Positions 19,503-29,815 are shown, counted from the first letter of the stretch. The stretch: DNA of 64,000 nt from a candidate division FCPU426 bacterium (GCA_030637655.1 DAOWGI010000005.1:1-64000); one strand, 5' to 3'. Translations and numbers: made by a program. Notes: generated from the letters alone by a model not told the origin.

Positions 19503-21467
19503 ATGCCGGAGTATTGCATTTCTTTGTCTGAAAATAAAAAAATCGCGGTAGCGCCGGGCACTACGCTGGGAGAAGCCTTAAAACAGCTCAATCCGGCTTT
19601 ATACGGTAAAGCCTTAGCCATAAAAATCGGAGACCGGTTTTTTGATCTGGCGCGGGAAGTTCCGGTTGGTGAGAGTCGCATCACAGTCCTGGATTTTGCC
19701 TCGCCGGAAGGCCGGGAGGTATTTCGTCATTCCACCGCACATTTGATGGCCGCGGCAGTCAAAGAATTGTTCCCGGAAACAAAAGTAACGATTGGTCCTT
19801 CCATCAAAGACGGTTTTTATTATGACTTTGACCGGGATACCCATTTTACCCCGGAAAGCCTGGAAACCATTGAGAAACGCATGAAAGAGATTGCTCAAAA
19901 GAAACTGTCATTTATCAGAAAAGTCGTGTCCAGAGAAGAAGCCCGTGAGTTGTTTGAAAAAACGGGGGAGACCTACAAGCTTGAATTGCTGGATGCGATT
20001 GAACCCGGCCAGGATGTCTCGCTCTATTTTTTAGGAAACTTTGTTGATCTCTGCCGCGGTCCGCATATCCCGCACTCCGGCCTGTTAAAAGCATTCAAGT
20101 TGCTCTCCGTGGCCGGCGCGTATTGGCGCGGCGATGAAAATAACAAGATGCTGCAACGGATTTATGGGATTGGTTTTGAAAAAAATTCGGGTTTAGAAGC
20201 ATATTTGCAGCGTTTGGAAGAAGCCAAACGCAGGGACCACCGCCGCTTGGGAAAAGATTTGGATCTTTTTTCTTTTCATGAAGATTCCGGAGCAGGACTA
20301 GTGTACTGGCATCCCAAAGGTTCGAAGATTCGCATGCTCATGGAGGATTTCTGGCGAGCAGAGCATTTACAGAATGGGTACGAAATTCTCTATACACCGC
20401 ATATCGGAAAAGCTCAATTGTGGGAGACTTCCGGTCATTTAGCGTTTTATAAGGAATCCATGTATGCACCCATGGTTGTTGATGAACTTGATTATTATAT
20501 CAGACCTATGAATTGTCCTTTTCATATAAAAATATATAAAAGTGATGTGCGCTCCTATCGCCAGTTGCCAATGCGCTGGGCGGAGTTGGGAACTGTATAT
20601 CGCTATGAAAAATCCGGCGTTTTGCACGGTTTGTTCCGGGTTAGAGGATTCACTCAGGATGATGCGCATATTTTCTGCACACACCGGCAATTGGCGGGCG
20701 AAATTCAGGAAGTATTGCGATTTGTGCTGTACATTCTAAAAACCTTTGGATTCAAAGAGTATGAAATATATCTCTCTACCAAGCCGGAGAAAGATACTGT
20801 GGGTAGTGATGAGGTATGGGACCAAGCTACTGAAGCGTTGCGCAAAGCGCTTGAAAATTCAGGCTTGCCATATGCTGTGGATGAGGGTGGGGGAACCTTT
20901 TATGGTCCGAAAGTGGACATAAAAATCAAAGATTGTTTGGATCGAATCTGGCAATGTTCAACCATTCAGGTGGATTTTAATTTGCCGGAACGGTTTGATA
21001 TGAAATATGTTGGTGAAGATGGAAAAGAGCATCGGCCCATCATGATTCATCGGGCCTTAATGGGTTCCTTGGAGCGCTTCTTCGGAATTATGGTCGAGCA
21101 TTATGCCGGCGCTTTTCCGGTTTGGCTGGCGCCAGTGCAAGCCAGGATTTGCACTATTGCGGATCGTCATCAGGAATTTGCCCAAGAAATTGTGAAGCAA
21201 TTGAAGTCACACGGAATACGCGTTGATATTGATATGAAAAGCGATAAAGTCAATGCTAAAATACGCAATGCGCAATTAGAAAAGATACCGTACATGCTGG
21301 TGGTGGGAGACCGGGAAGTGGAACAGCAGGCAGCAGCCTTGCGGATACGCACCGGAGAAAATCGCGGTGCCATGCCAATTGAAGAAATCGCGAAATTAAT
21401 CCAGCGAAAAAACGCGGATAAGGCGCTTGACCTGGTAGAGACGCGATTAATCGCGTCTCTAGATTAA
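19503..21467 (+). CDS. thrS: Threonine--tRNA ligase
   Basis: HSTAHLM, DLCRGPH, RDHRRLG, RPMNCP, RVRGFTQDDAH and HRALMGSLERF. Confidence 0.97.
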   Translation: MPEYCISLSENKKIAVAPGTTLGEALKQLNPALYGKALAIKIGDRFFDLAREVPVGESRITVLDFASPEGREVFRHSTAHLMAAAVKELFPETKVTIGPSIKDGFYYDFDRDTHFTPESLETIEKRMKEIAQKKLSFIRKVVSREEARELFEKTGETYKLELLDAIEPGQDVSLYFLGNFVDLCRGPHIPHSGLLKAFKLLSVAGAYWRGDENNKMLQRIYGIGFEKNSGLEAYLQRLEEAKRRDHRRLGKDLDLFSFHEDSGAGLVYWHPKGSKIRMLMEDFWRAEHLQNGYEILYTPHIGKAQLWETSGHLAFYKESMYAPMVVDELDYYIRPMNCPFHIKIYKSDVRSYRQLPMRWAELGTVYRYEKSGVLHGLFRVRGFTQDDAHIFCTHRQLAGEIQEVLRFVLYILKTFGFKEYEIYLSTKPEKDTVGSDEVWDQATEALRKALENSGLPYAVDEGGGTFYGPKVDIKIKDCLDRIWQCSTIQVDFNLPERFDMKYVGEDGKEHRPIMIHRALMGSLERFFGIMVEHYAGAFPVWLAPVQARICTIADRHQEFAQEIVKQLKSHGIRVDIDMKSDKVNAKIRNAQLEKIPYMLVVGDREVEQQAAALRIRTGENRGAMPIEEIAKLIQRKNADKALDLVETRLIASLD

Positions 21468-21479
21468 TCGCGTCTCTAC
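21435..21479. repeat. GTAG REP with a 17-bp tandem duplication overlapping the thrS stop
   Basis: gtagagacgcgattaatcgcgtctcta followed by gattaatcgcgtctctac. Confidence 0.85.
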
Positions 21480-21491
21480 AAAGGATGAAAA

Positions 21492-22694
21492 ATGATCAGC
21501 AAAAAAGGAATGTCCTGTGTTCCGGGATTCAAATTCTCCGGAATTGCGCTTGAGGGCAAAAAGAAAAGCTACGGCTTGATTTACTCGGAAAGCGAGCATA
21601 CCCTGGGTGCGGCGGTCTATACCCGCAATGATATTCAAGCCGCGCCTATTTATGTTTCCAAGGAGATGGATGCCAAAACCGAGAGCAAACGTGCCATCCT
21701 GGTCAATAGCGGCAATGCCAATGCTTTTACTGGTGAACAGGGATTGCTGGATGCCGGAAAAAGCATCGAGCAATTGGGCAAACAATTAAAAATCAAGCCG
21801 GAGGAATGTTATGTCGCATCCACCGGAGTTATTGGGCAAACCTTACCCCTGGATCGTATTCTGAAGAAAATGCCTGAATTGATTGGAAATTTAGCTGCCA
21901 AGCATGATCAGGCATTTGCCCAAGCTATTCTTACCACAGACACACGACTCAAACAAGCTGCGCTCACATTTGAAATTTCCGGACAAAAAATCAACCTGGC
22001 AGGATGCGTAAAAGGCGCCGGCATGATACAACCTAACATGGCCACAATGCTTTGTTTTGTTGTCACGGATGCCCAAATCAGTCATAAGTTGTTGGATAAA
22101 GCGCTGCGTATGGCTGTTGACGAGTCATTTAATGTCATTACCGTAGATGGTGATACCAGCACGAATGATTCTGTATTTATTTTGGCCAATGGGTATGCGT
22201 CCAATATGCTGATTGAAAAAGAGAATAGCGACTTTTCTGTTTTTGCAAATCGCCTCAAAGAATTATTGCATTATTTGGCCATGGAAATTATTGCTGACGC
22301 GGAGGGTATTACCAAGCGGATATATATCCAGGTAAAAAAAGCCAGAGACAAAGAACAGGCCATGAAAATTGCCTATGCAGTAGCAAATTCACCCTTGGTT
22401 AAAACGGCTTTTTTCGGAGAACAACTTAATTGGGGTAGGATTGTTATGGCAGTAGGAAAAGCCATGACCGGCGTTGAAGCTGATAAACTGGATATAAATA
22501 TAAATGAATATGAAATTGTAAAAAGGGGTGAACCTCAGACTAAAGCTGAATATTATCAGCAAGCTGAACAATCTTTAAAAAGGAAAAATATAGAGGTTGA
22601 AATATATTTAAATCTGGGAAATGAAAGCAAATCCGTGGTCACAACTGATTTATCTTTAGAATATATTAAAATAAACGCGAATTATATCTCGTAG
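21492..22694 (+). CDS. argJ: Bifunctional ornithine acetyltransferase/N-acetylglutamate synthase
   Basis: NSGNANA, STGVIG, KGAGMIQPNMATML, DGDTSTND and SPLVKTA. Confidence 0.96.
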   Translation: MISKKGMSCVPGFKFSGIALEGKKKSYGLIYSESEHTLGAAVYTRNDIQAAPIYVSKEMDAKTESKRAILVNSGNANAFTGEQGLLDAGKSIEQLGKQLKIKPEECYVASTGVIGQTLPLDRILKKMPELIGNLAAKHDQAFAQAILTTDTRLKQAALTFEISGQKINLAGCVKGAGMIQPNMATMLCFVVTDAQISHKLLDKALRMAVDESFNVITVDGDTSTNDSVFILANGYASNMLIEKENSDFSVFANRLKELLHYLAMEIIADAEGITKRIYIQVKKARDKEQAMKIAYAVANSPLVKTAFFGEQLNWGRIVMAVGKAMTGVEADKLDININEYEIVKRGEPQTKAEYYQQAEQSLKRKNIEVEIYLNLGNESKSVVTTDLSLEYIKINANYIS

Positions 22695-22699
22695 AAATT

Positions 22700-22728
22700 G
22701 TAAGGGCGGGTTTAAAACCCGCCCTTAT
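22700..22728. repeat. REP-like palindrome, possibly a bidirectional terminator
   Basis: gtaagggcgggtttaaaacccgcccttat between convergent genes. Confidence 0.7.
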
Positions 22729-22739
22729 GGAATATAATA

Positions 22740-22767
22740 ACGTCGGATAATACATATTATGTTAACT
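22740..22767 (+). other. dif: dif site for XerC/XerD chromosome dimer resolution
   Basis: acgtcggataa-tacata-ttatgttaact has the 11-6-11 layout; XerD arm is one base from E. coli TTATGTTAAAT; intergenic at a gene-orientation switch. Confidence 0.85.
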
Positions 22768-22789
22768 ATGCCGCGGAATATAATAGTGG

Positions 22790-24607
22790 TTATTTTTCCA
22801 AAGATTTTATTCCTTTTATTTTTTCACGGGCCCGGGTGATATGCTTTTTTGATTTTTCGTCATCAGGATTCAAAATCAGCGCATCTTTCCAGTTTTTGAT
22901 GGCTTCCTCAAGTTGATTTTGGATGTAGTTTTGCAGACCTTTTTTATACAAGCTATCAGCGATTTTCAACAGTTGATTTTTGTTTTCCTTGATTTTTTGC
23001 CGGGCAATTTGATTTTTATTATCAATAAGCAGCACTTTCTTCCAAGTCAATAAGGCTGAAGCCAGGTCATTTTCCCGTAAATCAATACTTGCTTCCTGCA
23101 AAAGTTTATCTGTTTCCTCTGTTAACTTGATTTTGGTCGCTGAAATATAGCGCTTGGCCCGTTTGTTTTGGGAATCCACAGCAAGAACTTTTTGCCAGGT
23201 TTCAATAGCTTTGCGGTATTTTCGCGTTTGCAAATACTTTAGTCCTTGGGAGAATAAGTTGTTGATTATTTGTTCTTTCCGGTTACTTGATCTGGTGGCT
23301 TTAACTGCTGTCAATTGTTTGTTGATCTGCTTAAGATATTTATTAGTGGCTTTATATTTTTTATCGATTTCCATTACTTTGTTGAAATCAATCAAGGCAT
23401 TAACATACTTTTTCTTGCGCATGGCTGCCAACCCGGCTTTATAGTGCTTCTCAGCCAAGAGCATTTGTAACTCTTGTTTGGCTTTTTTCAGCTTTTTATC
23501 CAATCCCCTATAGCCGGGATTTAAGGCCAGGGCTTTTTCATAAGCGAAAACAGCTTTTTGGTATTCACGCTTATTAAGATGATGATCACCGGATCGAATA
23601 TTGTTTTGTATTAATCTTCTCTGTTTTTCTTCCAATTTTTTCTCCAGTCTCCGAACGATTTTTTCTTCTTCCTTGGTCGAGCGGCCGAATGGAAAAGTGA
23701 CGGAAATGCGATGGATATTACCCAAGTCAGTATAAGGCGAAAAAGTGTAATCCAGTTTATAATCTGTGATTTCGGCGCCCAATCCGGCAGTGAGACCGGA
23801 TAAAGCGCCCAAATCATTACCATATTGGTAATATTTATACCCTGTTCTGAAAAATAAGACTTCTTCTATATTAAATTCCGCTCCGATTTTAAAAAGCATC
23901 TCCTGCTGCAGCGGTTTGCTGATATCAAACGCCAGCAAGAGCTGCTGGTTGAATAATTTGTATGAGGATCCGAACTCGATGGTAATGGGCAGAGGATCTG
24001 CCTGGGCAATGAATTTAATGGGTAAACCGAGGTTTTTTATCACTACACCGAAAGTAAGGTCCGGCAATAGAAGGTCTTTTACCAGGCCGCACAAATCCGC
24101 CGCAATACTCCGGGCGGAATATACATCAATTACTTGATAAATCCCTTTTACATTCAAACCGCTGGATATATATTGGTCCCAGGCATGACTCCAACTGACG
24201 CCAAAATAAGCATCATAGGCGCTAAAAGTTGAGGGTTCGTCATTTAAGGAAGCGATTTTTTCAAAGGTGTTATTGTAGGAAAAATAAAAATTCACGCCAA
24301 TAGCGTCTTCTTTGGTAAACGGTATGCCAAATGCCAGATATTCATTTCTGAAATCCTGGATGAATTCCGTATGCACGAACAGCAGTTCAATGTTGGGTGA
24401 ATGGATTAAGCCGGCAGAGTTCCAAAAAATACTATTCATGTCACCTGAGACACCCACAAAAGCCTCACCCATGGCTGCGGGCCGAGTGCCTACTGGTTCA
24501 TTCAAGAATATAGCGCCTGCGGATTCGTCATAAGCATTTGCCTGGCAGGCGAACAACAGGCCGGCGATTAATGGAATTAAGCATGAATTAAATATTCGTT
24601 TTCTCAT
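22790..24607 (-). CDS. PorV/PorQ-like beta-barrel fused to a C-terminal TPR domain
   Basis: FLNEPVGTRPAAMGEAF and IFWNSAGL PorV-type N-terminus; barrel ends DLGNIHRISVTF; TPRs follow. Confidence 0.8.
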   Translation of the reverse strand: MRKRIFNSCLIPLIAGLLFACQANAYDESAGAIFLNEPVGTRPAAMGEAFVGVSGDMNSIFWNSAGLIHSPNIELLFVHTEFIQDFRNEYLAFGIPFTKEDAIGVNFYFSYNNTFEKIASLNDEPSTFSAYDAYFGVSWSHAWDQYISSGLNVKGIYQVIDVYSARSIAADLCGLVKDLLLPDLTFGVVIKNLGLPIKFIAQADPLPITIEFGSSYKLFNQQLLLAFDISKPLQQEMLFKIGAEFNIEEVLFFRTGYKYYQYGNDLGALSGLTAGLGAEITDYKLDYTFSPYTDLGNIHRISVTFPFGRSTKEEEKIVRRLEKKLEEKQRRLIQNNIRSGDHHLNKREYQKAVFAYEKALALNPGYRGLDKKLKKAKQELQMLLAEKHYKAGLAAMRKKKYVNALIDFNKVMEIDKKYKATNKYLKQINKQLTAVKATRSSNRKEQIINNLFSQGLKYLQTRKYRKAIETWQKVLAVDSQNKRAKRYISATKIKLTEETDKLLQEASIDLRENDLASALLTWKKVLLIDNKNQIARQKIKENKNQLLKIADSLYKKGLQNYIQNQLEEAIKNWKDALILNPDDEKSKKHITRAREKIKGIKSLEK

Positions 24608-24621
24608 GTTGATTCATCTCC

Positions 24622-24649
24622 GTAGAGACGCATGATTATGCGTCTCTAC
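24622..24649. repeat. GTAG-type REP palindrome
   Basis: gtagagacgcatgattatgcgtctctac. Confidence 0.85.
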
Positions 24650-24656
24650 CACTGCC

Positions 24657-27203
24657 CTATTTTACGATGGCAAAGCGTTTTTTTATTTTTTGCGTGCCGT
24701 ACGCGGAGTGGGTCTCCATAATGTAATAATAAATGCCGCTGGCATAATTGGATATATCGTAATTAATAACAGTTCCCTGTTCTCCTCCTGATATCGATCC
24801 CTGGTACTGATCCACTTCTTTGCCAAGTTTATTAAAAAAGCGAATAACCACATTGGCGTCAACAGTTGCGGAAATATAAATATGCAGTTGATTGGTTGAG
24901 ACAGCCGGATTGGGAAAAGTTTTAACACTGCTGATTTTGAGGAGGTTGGATAATAAAAATGTTCTGGTCTCAGATAGGGGGCCCCAGGAAATGCCGTCTG
25001 TGGCTAAAACTTGCCACCAATAGGTTTTTCCGCGTTCGAATTCCATTGAATCCGGTATGGAAAAAGCCATGATGCTGTTGGAATAATAATATGTTTCACT
25101 CCAGCCGGTTTGAGTCTGAGTTTGATCAAAATTATGCAATATAGTGCTGAATTGGTCATCACTGATTAATAAGCGTCCGTTTAAGGTATTGCCGGATTCG
25201 CTTTCTGCTTTGAATTGAAAGCATATTTGAGAATTTGGAGATGAGTAGTTGTCAATTGGCGAAATAATAACCGGTATTAAAGGCGGGGTTTGCACCACAA
25301 ATAAATAATTATCAGTAACCAGGCTCCAGTTATTATTATCCTTATCAAAGGCAAAAGCCCGCCAGGTGTAGGTGTTGCCCGAAATCAGTGAGTCGGTTTC
25401 CGGAATAGTCAAGCAGGCGGTTTCGCCTGAAGCATACGCGGTTTTACTCCAACTCCCGCCGTTTTCGGACAAGTAGACAATAACGCTTTCAAAATCATTG
25501 GCACTCATTTCAATTTTATAATTCAAATCGCCGGAAGTAGGGCTGGTGGAAAGCACCTGCAAATAAGGGTTTTTCGTCACAATAATGGAATTGTGGGTTG
25601 GTGATACTATAGCGGGAATCGCCGGCCTGTCAACAGTGGTAAAATGATAAGTACCTGAAGAACGGCTTTGCTGCAAATGATCGTATATCCATACTCTCCA
25701 ATAATAGTCGGTTCCGGGCACCAATACATCCAAATTCGGTTCGCTGTTTAATATCTGACAGCAAGCGGTTATGCCCGCGTAGGCTCCGCTTGGCAGATAA
25801 CGCTCCTCATCCCAACCATCATAGGTGGATTGAAATATTTTTGGATTCGAGAGCTGGCTGTCTTTTGAGAGTAAAATCATGCAAGTCAAAGTATCGCCGT
25901 CCGGATCAGCGCCCATGATGTCCAAGCCCGGAACGCAGCTTACATTGATTTGGTCATTGCCGGGAAAAAGCTGCTGTGGTGATAAAGGCGGATCATTGGG
26001 TGAATCGCTTATGGTAAATGAACGATAGGTAAAAGCGGAGACCCAGTCTGCTCCGTTGTTGCTGGTAACCGAGACGCTCCAGTAATATGTTTCTGAGGTG
26101 ACCAGATTTTCCTGGAACGAGTATGAAGCTTGTTCTCCGGATTGGAAATAATCTTTACCTTCCCAGCCTGCGTCCGGATCCATCTGTGTGGCGGTAACTG
26201 CGATAGGCCCTGTGCTGCTATTTAAACGTAAAATAATCTGATATTTTAAAAACTTAGAGCCCGCCGGATCCGTGGTTTGAAAAGTAAGTGTGGGTTTGTA
26301 TCCCACTTTTTGGCCATTATCCGGGGACAATAATTCCGGGGGATCAGGCAAAGGAGCATTAGCCACCAGGATAGTGCCCATGTCGCCTGCTTCAGATGAA
26401 CCGCCGCCATTTTTACCTCCGTTGATGATATACTCGCCGGAGGTTCCGCCAACAACTGTATGTCTGATAATTTTAATTCGTCCGCCCCCGCCCCCGCCGG
26501 CTTCTTTAATCGGGTCATCTTTACCGCCGCCCTCACCGCCGGACACGTCTAATTTAAAACTACCGTTCAGCAATGTGAAAATACTGTTTATTAAAACACA
26601 ACCGCCGGATCCCCCGCCCACAGTGTCGTATTTGAACGTATTTGCGCGGGCCAGCAGTTCCGCGCTGGAGGTTATGGTCAAGGTCATGGCATCCAGGCGG
26701 ATATACCCTCCGCCATAGCCTGAATATTGCGTGTCATAATTAGCTCTCCAACCATAAGAGCCGGTATAACCTTTATAATAGGAATCGTAAATCAAACCGC
26801 CGGCGCCGTAATATGATCCCCCACCGCGGCCACCCGCGCCGCCATAGCCTGCGCCGCCACCACCGCCAAATAAAAGTTTTGATGGGGGTTGCCCTTTACC
26901 TGTTTCATTGTAGCAGACACCTTCGCCCTTGATTACGCCGTCAATGCGTATTCGTGGTGAAATCAAATTCAAAGCGCCCTTATTAACGCCGGAACCATCA
27001 TAAGGAATGATTTTTACTTCGCCGCCGTTTTTGACATGGATGGATACGCTTTTATAAACAACTCCGGAAAGGAATACGGTTTCACCGGATTCAACTACCA
27101 GAGATTTATAGTTGTTTATTAGAGCATAGGCGTCTGTGGTCATTAAAGAAGATGTAAAAAGGGCCGATAAAATTATAAAAGTAAGCAAGCAATAATTTTT
27201 CAT
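24657..27203 (-). CDS. Secreted protein with Gly-rich domain, Fn3/Ig-like repeats and T9SS type-A CTD-like tail
   Basis: Signal peptide; GGGGGAGYGG and GGGSGG; repeated P.L.SP...Y(Y/T/W)W.V/A modules; FPNP...FFNKLGKEV...ASGIYYY...KRFAIVK. Confidence 0.8.
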   Translation of the reverse strand: MKNYCLLTFIILSALFTSSLMTTDAYALINNYKSLVVESGETVFLSGVVYKSVSIHVKNGGEVKIIPYDGSGVNKGALNLISPRIRIDGVIKGEGVCYNETGKGQPPSKLLFGGGGGAGYGGAGGRGGGSYYGAGGLIYDSYYKGYTGSYGWRANYDTQYSGYGGGYIRLDAMTLTITSSAELLARANTFKYDTVGGGSGGCVLINSIFTLLNGSFKLDVSGGEGGGKDDPIKEAGGGGGGRIKIIRHTVVGGTSGEYIINGGKNGGGSSEAGDMGTILVANAPLPDPPELLSPDNGQKVGYKPTLTFQTTDPAGSKFLKYQIILRLNSSTGPIAVTATQMDPDAGWEGKDYFQSGEQASYSFQENLVTSETYYWSVSVTSNNGADWVSAFTYRSFTISDSPNDPPLSPQQLFPGNDQINVSCVPGLDIMGADPDGDTLTCMILLSKDSQLSNPKIFQSTYDGWDEERYLPSGAYAGITACCQILNSEPNLDVLVPGTDYYWRVWIYDHLQQSRSSGTYHFTTVDRPAIPAIVSPTHNSIIVTKNPYLQVLSTSPTSGDLNYKIEMSANDFESVIVYLSENGGSWSKTAYASGETACLTIPETDSLISGNTYTWRAFAFDKDNNNWSLVTDNYLFVVQTPPLIPVIISPIDNYSSPNSQICFQFKAESESGNTLNGRLLISDDQFSTILHNFDQTQTQTGWSETYYYSNSIMAFSIPDSMEFERGKTYWWQVLATDGISWGPLSETRTFLLSNLLKISSVKTFPNPAVSTNQLHIYISATVDANVVIRFFNKLGKEVDQYQGSISGGEQGTVINYDISNYASGIYYYIMETHSAYGTQKIKKRFAIVK

Positions 27204-27267
27204 ATATGCGAATCCTTACTTTATTATATATTTAGCTTCGGATATTTTACTGGAAACTTAATGTTGG

Positions 27268-27437
27268 GTTGTCATTCCCGAACGGTTTAATCGGCCCCGA
27301 CCGGAAAAGATATATAGGGACGCATTCGGCAGGAATCTGGTTTTTTAAACCGTATCCCCGATACAAGCATTCGGGGATGACGGCGTGGAGGCTGCATTCG
27401 GGGATGACAAACAAAAAAACGCATGATTGCCATGTTC
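27268..27437 (+). mobile_element. MITE-like repeat copy A; left TIR lost; carries the 38-bp insert (27295-27332)
   Basis: gtcattcccga...ccccgatacaagcattcggggatgac core shared by five copies. Confidence 0.75.
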
Positions 27438-27470
27438 AGTAATGTCTTCGGGGTTACCCCGCCCTTACAT

Positions 27471-29261
27471 TTACGCGGTTAAACGCTTTTTTTGTTTCTC
27501 AAACTGGGCTTTCATGCGTTCAGGCAGTTTGTCTTCGAACTTGTTCATGAATTCTTCAATCTCATCCAATTCAGTAACCCAAGCTTGTTTGTCAACATTT
27601 AGTAGGGTTTGCATATCTTCCGTGCTGATGTCCAGACCAATCAGATCTATATCCTTAGGACTAGGAACAAACCCGATGGGTGTTTCTTGGCCTTGGCTTT
27701 TACCCTCAAGGCTCTCACACATCCACTTCAACGCGCGGCTGTTATCACCAAAACCCGGCCATAACCACTTGCCTTCCGCGTTTTTACGGAACCAGTTGAC
27801 ATAGAAAATTTTAGGCGCGTTTTCACCCAGCTTATCACCAATATCAAACCAATGCTGCCAATAATCCCCCATGTTATAACCGCAGAACGGCAGCATGGCA
27901 AAAGGGTCCCGGCGCAGCTTTTTCTTTACATCCAAGGCTGCGGCAGTAGGTTCTGAAGCGGCGGTGGCGCCCATATACACACCATGATCCCAATCAAAGG
28001 CTTTAGTTATCAATGGCACCACTGAGGTTCTTCGGCCGCCAAAGATAAAGATATCAATCAACACACCGGCCGGATTCTCCCAATCCGAACAGATAACCGG
28101 ACATTGACGGGCAGGTGCGGTAAAACGGGCATTGGGATGCGCGCCTTTTTCGCCGGATTCCGGTGTCCATTCGCGGCCTTTCCAATCAATACCGTGTTTG
28201 CACTCAGTTCCCATATCTTCCCACCATACGCCATTATCATCTGTATGCACACAGTTGGTGAAAATAATATTGGCTTTCAAGGTATCCATGGCTTGAGGAT
28301 TTGAAGCATAACTGGTTCCAGGGGCAACACCAAAGAACCCGGCTTCCGGGTTAATCGCGTACAGCTTGCCATCATCACCAATTTTCATCCAGGCAATATC
28401 ATCACCAATGGTTTCGCATTTCCAGCCCTCTATAGCAGGCTGCATCATGGCCAGATTGGTCTTGCCACAGGCAGATGGAAAAGCAACAGCGATATGAAAG
28501 CGCTTGCCTTCAGGATTTGTCAGACGCAGGATCAACATGTGTTCCGCCATCCAGCCTTCACGTTTGGCCATGGTGGAAGCAATGCGCAGAGCCAGGCATT
28601 TTTTCCCCAGCAAAGCATTTCCGCCATAACCTGAACCAAAGGACCAGATCATGTTTTCATCAGTAAAATGTGAGATGTATTTTTTCTCAATCGGAGCACA
28701 GGGCCAGGCCACATCCTTTTGATCTTTTTCCAAGGGCGCGCCCACAGAATGCAGGCAAGGAATGAACTCGCCCTCACTACCCAAGACTTCAAGCACTTTA
28801 TCCCCTACTCGTGTCATGATATGCATATTGGCCACAACATAAGGGCTGTCTGTGATCTCAACGCCTATTTTGGAGATGGGCGATCCAATCGGACCCATGC
28901 TAAAAGGAATAACATACAAAGTGCGTCCTTGCATGCAGCCGTCGTATAGGTCTCGCATGGTTTTTTTTAATTCATCCGGATCTATCCAATTGTTGGTAGG
29001 ACCCGCATCCGCCTGATTTTTGGCGGCAATGTAGGTGCGGTCTTCCACGCGTGCCACATCCGTGGGATCGGACCGGAAAAGGTATGAATTAGGATGCTTG
29101 GATTCATCCAGCTTTATGGTGGCGCCTGAATCCACCATGATTTTCATTATATTATTATATTCCTTCTCAGAACCATCACACCAATAAACAGAATCCGGTT
29201 TGCACATGCCCTCAACTTCTGAAATCCAATTTAATAATTTTTGATTTTTTGTTTTTACCAT
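27471..29261 (-). CDS. pckG: Phosphoenolpyruvate carboxykinase (GTP)
   Basis: DVARVE, GSGYGGNALLGKKC, FPSACGKTN, GDDIAW and DPFAMLPFCGY. Confidence 0.97.
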   Translation of the reverse strand: MVKTKNQKLLNWISEVEGMCKPDSVYWCDGSEKEYNNIMKIMVDSGATIKLDESKHPNSYLFRSDPTDVARVEDRTYIAAKNQADAGPTNNWIDPDELKKTMRDLYDGCMQGRTLYVIPFSMGPIGSPISKIGVEITDSPYVVANMHIMTRVGDKVLEVLGSEGEFIPCLHSVGAPLEKDQKDVAWPCAPIEKKYISHFTDENMIWSFGSGYGGNALLGKKCLALRIASTMAKREGWMAEHMLILRLTNPEGKRFHIAVAFPSACGKTNLAMMQPAIEGWKCETIGDDIAWMKIGDDGKLYAINPEAGFFGVAPGTSYASNPQAMDTLKANIIFTNCVHTDDNGVWWEDMGTECKHGIDWKGREWTPESGEKGAHPNARFTAPARQCPVICSDWENPAGVLIDIFIFGGRRTSVVPLITKAFDWDHGVYMGATAASEPTAAALDVKKKLRRDPFAMLPFCGYNMGDYWQHWFDIGDKLGENAPKIFYVNWFRKNAEGKWLWPGFGDNSRALKWMCESLEGKSQGQETPIGFVPSPKDIDLIGLDISTEDMQTLLNVDKQAWVTELDEIEEFMNKFEDKLPERMKAQFEKQKKRLTA

Positions 29262-29455
29262 GGTTTCTCTTAACTCCTATCTTTTTTATCACTGCCGAAC
29301 ACGAATACAGCGCATTTAATTACAGAAAAACCCGAGCTAGGCAGCGAAAATATGGCAAGAGGCTGTCCATTCGGGTAATGTTAAAATTAAAGCTTTATAT
29401 CATTTTTAGCTTTATATTGCAATGTTTTTCGAAAAAAAATGGCAACCAAAAAATG

Positions 29456-29616
29456 GCAACCTGTCAGTGAAGCATTTTTTCAGTTTGTCATTCCCGAACG
29501 GTTTAATCGGGAATCTGGTTTTTTAAACCGTATCCCCGATACAAGCATTCGGGGATGACAGGGTGGGGGCTGCATTCACGGATGACAAACAAAAAAATGC
29601 ATGACTGACATGTTAC
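29456..29616 (+). mobile_element. MITE-like repeat copy B, no insert
   Basis: gcaacctgtcagtgaa...actgacatgttac ends around the shared core. Confidence 0.78.
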
Positions 29617-29625
29617 AAATAATGG

Positions 29626-29807
29626 GTAACAGGTCAGTGAGGCGGGAAAAACCTAATCCGGATAAACCAGAACCAAGATTAACCGCCGATGAACGCCGAT
29701 AGACGCAGATATTTATAGCTTAAAAGATAATAAAAATTTTAATCTGTATTTATCGGCGTTCTTATTCTGACTCCTGACTCCTGAATTCTGACTACCTGAG
29801 TAGTTAC
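29626..29807 (+). repeat. Composite GTAAC...GTTAC element with decamer and heptamer repeats
   Basis: gtaacaggtcagtga, taatccggataaaccagaacc, aaccgccgat-gaacgccgat-agacgcagat, ttctgactcctgactcctgaattctgac, ctgagtagttac. Confidence 0.65.
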
Positions 29808-29815
29808 GATTTTTT

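Noticed and set aside
29290-29400. Riboswitch upstream of pckG
   Set aside because: Only a weak cccga/tcggg pairing; no recognisable aptamer
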